Source: an uncultured Aquimarina sp. (lineage in GTDB: Bacteria > Bacteroidota > Bacteroidia > Flavobacteriales > Flavobacteriaceae). From it: a stretch of DNA of 64,000 bases. The position numbers were made by a program, and so were the translations under genes. The stretch's first letter is position 1, and every line of letters begins with the position of its first letter. The stretch lies in the NCBI GenBank assembly GCA_937958985.1, contig CALGLV010000012.1:23385-87384 (forward strand). Direction: 5' to 3'. Shown one piece after another: positions 59,957 to 64,000 of this stretch. The notes below the pieces were generated by a model, which made no database searches, was not told the origin of the DNA, and was given only the letters and a program-made list of their open reading frames with translations.

Positions 59957-60529
59957 TTACTTTTTATCAAGTGTGCCTATTTGAGTTTCAAAATTAGGAT
60001 TTACATAATATTTATATTTTAACTCATCCCTTAGTTTACCTATTTTTTCTAACGTTTCCACAAGCATATTCGACATTTGAGACAGTGTCACAAATTTCAT
60101 CCCTAGCAATTCATTATTATTATGTACAATTGGCTCACTAGCTATAGAAATAACAAAATCATTTTTATATAAAGTCGTTAAACTATGCATTAACAATAGC
60201 CCTAAGTTGAAGCTTCTATATTCTTTTTTTACCCATAAAGATGCACGCTCATATATAGCATGTCCTTTAATTAAATGTTTGTGAGCAAAAATATGCCCTA
60301 CAACTTCATTTTGTTTTTTAATAATATAGCATCCATTTACAAGGCGCTGTTTTAACATTTCAACACTTGTAAAATATAGGGATGGTAAGGCTTTAGATCT
60401 ACCCGAAATAGTTTGTATTAAATCTTCGGGCAATTCGTAAGTTAATACTAAACTTAGTCCTTCGGAAATACAATAAGCCTTCGCTTCTTCAATAAAAGTT
60501 GTAATATTTTTATCCAATATTTTTTCCAT
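59957..60529 (-). CDS. Divergent GNAT-fold acyltransferase, first gene of the arg operon (candidate glutamate N-acyltransferase)
   Basis: Motif-A-like SLWVKKEYRSFNLG, N..LG.K.VT segment, position upstream of argG. Confidence 0.55.
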   Translation of the reverse strand: MEKILDKNITTFIEEAKAYCISEGLSLVLTYELPEDLIQTISGRSKALPSLYFTSVEMLKQRLVNGCYIIKKQNEVVGHIFAHKHLIKGHAIYERASLWVKKEYRSFNLGLLLMHSLTTLYKNDFVISIASEPIVHNNNELLGMKFVTLSQMSNMLVETLEKIGKLRDELKYKYYVNPNFETQIGTLDKK

Positions 60530-60565
60530 TCTGAACGTGCTTAAATAAGCAACTAATTTATACTA

Positions 60566-60771
60566 CTAAAAACGAAAATAGAAAGCGAAATACTTTCTTA
60601 ATACTAGATATCCCGTAAGGGATAATTTTGAGAAAAGCGAACAACTGCAGTGTAAACTACATGAGAGATAATTGATATGTTGTTTCCTGTTTTCACTGAA
60701 GTTTCCATACGTAATTATTAACTCTAAATCGTCGGCTTTTGCCCCTTTCGTTAATATTGAATGCAAAAATA
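60566..60771 (-). promoter_or_regulatory. Structured 5' leader of the arg operon: -7 element, uORF, hairpin, U-rich tract
   Basis: TATTTTTG at 60771-60764, uORF 60708-60604, hairpin 60609-60624, U-rich tract 60566-60590. Confidence 0.5.
60604..60708 (-). CDS. Candidate 34-aa leader peptide METSVKTGNNISIISHVVYTAVVRFSQNYPLRDI
   Basis: ATG 60708 to TAG 60604; Arg codons CGC and CGG near the 3' end. Confidence 0.3.
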   Translation of the reverse strand: METSVKTGNNISIISHVVYTAVVRFSQNYPLRDI

Positions 60772-60855
60772 CTAATTTGCAAATACTTTTTAGTACTTTA
60801 TGTATACTATTTTAGCTCAAAGCTGTTTTGAAGCTTAATTCCTTTAAAAAAGAAA

Positions 60856-63800
60856 CTATTGTTTTTTAGTTTTTTTCTTTTTAAAAATCTCCCTTAACAA
60901 CTCTTTAAATGTATTGAAATCATAAGAGTATGATAACCCTACTCCTTGAGTATATCCATTAGATTCTCCAATAAATTGCAAATCATTTTCTTTGTTAAAA
61001 ATATTGGCTCTTAATGTACCTTCCTCATTTAATAAAAAATCAATCCTAACATCACCTACTACAACCGATTCGGTTACACCACCTACAGGAATACCTACTT
61101 TACCATTAATTAAAATTCGATTACTAATTTGTGTGGACACAGAAACTCCGAATTCATCTGAAATTTGATTGTCTATATTAGTACGATCAGCAGGGTTATA
61201 ATTAAAACCAATATCAAATTTATCTTCTTCGTCAGAAAAAATACTACTCACTAAATCCGAAGCTTTTTCTACTAAATTACCTGTAATTAAATTGTTGCCA
61301 ATAAGCGCATCGCTATAAAATTGACCTTGGGTAATTAATGAAAACGCCTGACGTTCTTTTGTTGTACGATCGGATAAAATATAATCGAGTTCGCTTTTTA
61401 CAATAGAGCTTGCGTTTGGGAAATCTATATTAAAATTTAATTCAGGCTTTAATAACTCTCCTGTTAAAGTTGTAATTACTTCTACTGGAATTTTTCTGTT
61501 TATAATGGAGTTTTCAAGTAATATATTAGGGTTAGCATTAGTTTTATATACTGCTGACAAATCTAATTTAGCAGCAGTGGGGCTTCCATCCCAACTTATA
61601 TTTCCTGTACGTACATCAAAACGTTTGGATAATATTCCCCCATATTTAAAATCGTAAGTACCTTTGTAAGCTACAAAATCGCCCCACATATTGAATTTCC
61701 CGTTGGTATTAATTTGAATAAGTAAAGTACCTGCTCCATATCCTTTAAGCGTGCTTCCCGATTCCTTATCAATAACAACCTCTACCTCTGCGTGTTTATT
61801 AAGGTTTAAATCAAATTCTAACTCTAAACCTTTAACCTCCTCAAAATAGACTTTTACGCCGTTAGTAATCGCTAATTTTTCTTCTGGGGTTATAAAATGA
61901 ATAAATGAATTATCTCCAATAGTTTCTGTATCACTAATAGGTATTTTAAACTTTGTCCCTTCAGCACTTGAAGCCTCAATCACAATTTTCAATTTATCTG
62001 TAGGGCCTTTTATAGTTGCGCCTCCATTAATAAATGCTGTCCCATAATAAAGCTCGTTGTCTTTTTCTGTGGTATTTAAAACTAGTAATCGATTACTATC
62101 GATATTTAAATCTAAATCCCATTTTTTAAATTTTTCATGAGAAATAACACCACTTAATACTCCCTTTGTTTTATACTTAGTATCAGTAATATTAGTGTTC
62201 GCAAATTTGAATTCTTTTTTAGATAATATGATTTCCGAGTTGTCTTGTATATTCAAATCAACATTTAAATATTGAATTAACAATCCTGCATCTTTCAATT
62301 TTAAAGAGCCATTTATATCAGGATTTGCATACGCTCCTTTAATCGCTACATTTCCGTTTGCATTCCCTCGAAGATTACTTAAAACAATTCCGCCCAAAGC
62401 ACCAAAAGGTTCTAATTCAAAATCTTTAACACTTGCATCAAAATCAACTTGTGGGGTCTCAGGATTTGTATCTATAAACCCATTTAGCTCAAATTTTACT
62501 TTATCATCCCTGTCTATAATTGAACTTATAGTGTATTTAGATAAATCTTTATTCCCTTTAGCTTCCAGTTTTAAATCACCTATTAAAAAATCGTTAATTG
62601 TTAAATCGGCTATTTTTAAATTACTTGTAGGTAAATAAATTTTATTTTTTTGAAGTAAATTTAAATCACCATCTATAACGCCAGTGTAATTAAAGTTTTT
62701 AACTGATTTAGAAACTTTTGTTAAATCTACATTAGCAAACTTTAGCTTAACATCCTTAAAGGTAGAATCCCTTAATACTCCATTAAGGTAAATAAGCTCT
62801 TTTTTGTGATTAATTTTTATAGAATCAATCACAACATCGTTGAAATTATTATCAAATTCTATTTTATGATGCGAGTCGTTATTTAAATTTACAAACCATT
62901 CATTAGCGTTAATAATAGCGGTAGATTTTTTAATTCCGACTACCGAATTATTAAACTGATTTATAGTATGGTATAATTTTAAATTAAAGCTATCCTTGTA
63001 CATTTCTCCACCTTTAAAAGTTGAAGTACTATAAAGCGTGTCGTTTTTATTAATATTAATTAAATTGAAATCTGATAAATTATATTTTTTCGTTTTAAGT
63101 TTACTTACTGATAGTAACGTATTGTTAGGACTTGAGTTATCTACCTTTAAACTAATGTTTTCAAATTCATTATCCTTGTAGGCTATATTAGGAGAATTAA
63201 AATCAACATTAAATTTAGAACCATCACTGTCGATATTTCCTTTTAATCGAGTATTCGCTCCTAATTTAATTTCAGGATAAAAAACATCTACAATTTTATT
63301 ATAAATTTTAAAATCGAAGTTTAAATATTCATTTTCGGTTTCTATTTCTGCTTCATAATTTTTATACAAGCTGGCTAATGAATTTTGAAATAAATTTTTA
63401 ATATTTTTCAATCTAAATTTACCTGCAGCTTCTCCTTGAATAATCTCTGGACTATTTACTTTAATTACACGTTCGCCTGAATTTAAAAATGTTGAGCTTA
63501 ATTGAAAATCTTTAAAAAGAAACGCTTCATTTTGATTAATATAAGAAGTGTTTTTAAACTGAATACTACCGTAAGTATTATCTATAGTAGTCCCTTTAAA
63601 ATTTGCCGAAACCGTTCCTTTAAACACAGAAATACTATCTCTTTTAAATAAATTTAATTTTTTAAAATCAATCTTATTTACAACTGCTTTAAAATTGTAA
63701 TCATTTTCGTTATTATTTAGGTTTACCAACCCATCGAACGATAAATTAAAATTAGGATCCTTAGCAATTATTTTACCATCAAAAACAGGGTATTTTAAAA

Positions 63801-64000
63801 CACCCGAAACGGAAACATCTCTGTAGGTATAATTTTTATATTCTAAACTTAAAAAATCCCCTACTATATAAGTATCTAAATCATTTAACAAAAAACCATA
63901 ACCATCAACATCTACTTCAAAAGTTGCTTTACCTAAATTTTTATTTCCAGTATAGGTTTCAAGATCTAAACCTGCTACTTCAATATTCCCTTTATAATGA
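60856..64000 (-). CDS. tamB: Translocation/assembly module TamB (DUF490) protein, 5'-truncated by the window end
   Basis: Long beta-rich ORF open to the window edge; C-terminal G.I.WDG.P, QAFSL, YTQGVGLSY..DF segments. Confidence 0.8.
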   Translation of the reverse strand, partial: HYKGNIEVAGLDLETYTGNKNLGKATFEVDVDGYGFLLNDLDTYIVGDFLSLEYKNYTYRDVSVSGVLKYPVFDGKIIAKDPNFNLSFDGLVNLNNNENDYNFKAVVNKIDFKKLNLFKRDSISVFKGTVSANFKGTTIDNTYGSIQFKNTSYINQNEAFLFKDFQLSSTFLNSGERVIKVNSPEIIQGEAAGKFRLKNIKNLFQNSLASLYKNYEAEIETENEYLNFDFKIYNKIVDVFYPEIKLGANTRLKGNIDSDGSKFNVDFNSPNIAYKDNEFENISLKVDNSSPNNTLLSVSKLKTKKYNLSDFNLININKNDTLYSTSTFKGGEMYKDSFNLKLYHTINQFNNSVVGIKKSTAIINANEWFVNLNNDSHHKIEFDNNFNDVVIDSIKINHKKELIYLNGVLRDSTFKDVKLKFANVDLTKVSKSVKNFNYTGVIDGDLNLLQKNKIYLPTSNLKIADLTINDFLIGDLKLEAKGNKDLSKYTISSIIDRDDKVKFELNGFIDTNPETPQVDFDASVKDFELEPFGALGGIVLSNLRGNANGNVAIKGAYANPDINGSLKLKDAGLLIQYLNVDLNIQDNSEIILSKKEFKFANTNITDTKYKTKGVLSGVISHEKFKKWDLDLNIDSNRLLVLNTTEKDNELYYGTAFINGGATIKGPTDKLKIVIEASSAEGTKFKIPISDTETIGDNSFIHFITPEEKLAITNGVKVYFEEVKGLELEFDLNLNKHAEVEVVIDKESGSTLKGYGAGTLLIQINTNGKFNMWGDFVAYKGTYDFKYGGILSKRFDVRTGNISWDGSPTAAKLDLSAVYKTNANPNILLENSIINRKIPVEVITTLTGELLKPELNFNIDFPNASSIVKSELDYILSDRTTKERQAFSLITQGQFYSDALIGNNLITGNLVEKASDLVSSIFSDEEDKFDIGFNYNPADRTNIDNQISDEFGVSVSTQISNRILINGKVGIPVGGVTESVVVGDVRIDFLLNEEGTLRANIFNKENDLQFIGESNGYTQGVGLSYSYDFNTFKELLREIFKKKKTKKQ

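Noticed and set aside
60725-60752. CGAAAGGGGCAAAAGCC resembling part of a c-di-GMP-I riboswitch
   Set aside because: The GGCAAAC...GNRA/receptor two-stem architecture is not present; only a 3-bp hairpin
60566-60766. 66-aa ORF upstream of the GNAT
   Set aside because: Its TTG start lies inside the predicted -7 promoter element, so it would not be on the transcript; the 34-aa ATG uORF is the better candidate

Overview
AT-rich chromosomal window from a Flavobacteriaceae-like Bacteroidota, judged from TAnnTTTG promoter elements, T9SS genes porX and porP/sprF, and a type-B CTD substrate. It is mostly core genome: ettA (partial), a carboxyltransferase, rnhB, an rfbACDB-kdsD-kdsB-phosphatase block, dnaN, murQ, a TonB receptor/DUF4249 pair, ptrB, prfB, purC, trxA-msrA-selO, gnd/zwf/pgl, xerD, a large arg/pro biosynthesis cluster and tamB (partial). 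I found no CRISPR array, rRNA, tRNA, IS or prophage. The most interesting signals are non-coding and cluster in the arg operon: 7-nt-periodic arrays ending 6-7 nt before the argG, argC, argD and argH start codons, a structured leader with a 34-codon uORF ahead of a divergent GNAT, and a Flavo-1-like RNA. Also notable are an orphan promoter-to-terminator unit (candidate sRNA, about 19848-19960), a prfB without the usual +1 frameshift in a window with no TGA stops, a probable CTG start for kdsD in frame with the rfbB stop, and a membrane protein plus GH25 lipoprotein pair inserted in the arg cluster. All calls come from reading motifs by eye; no database searches were run.
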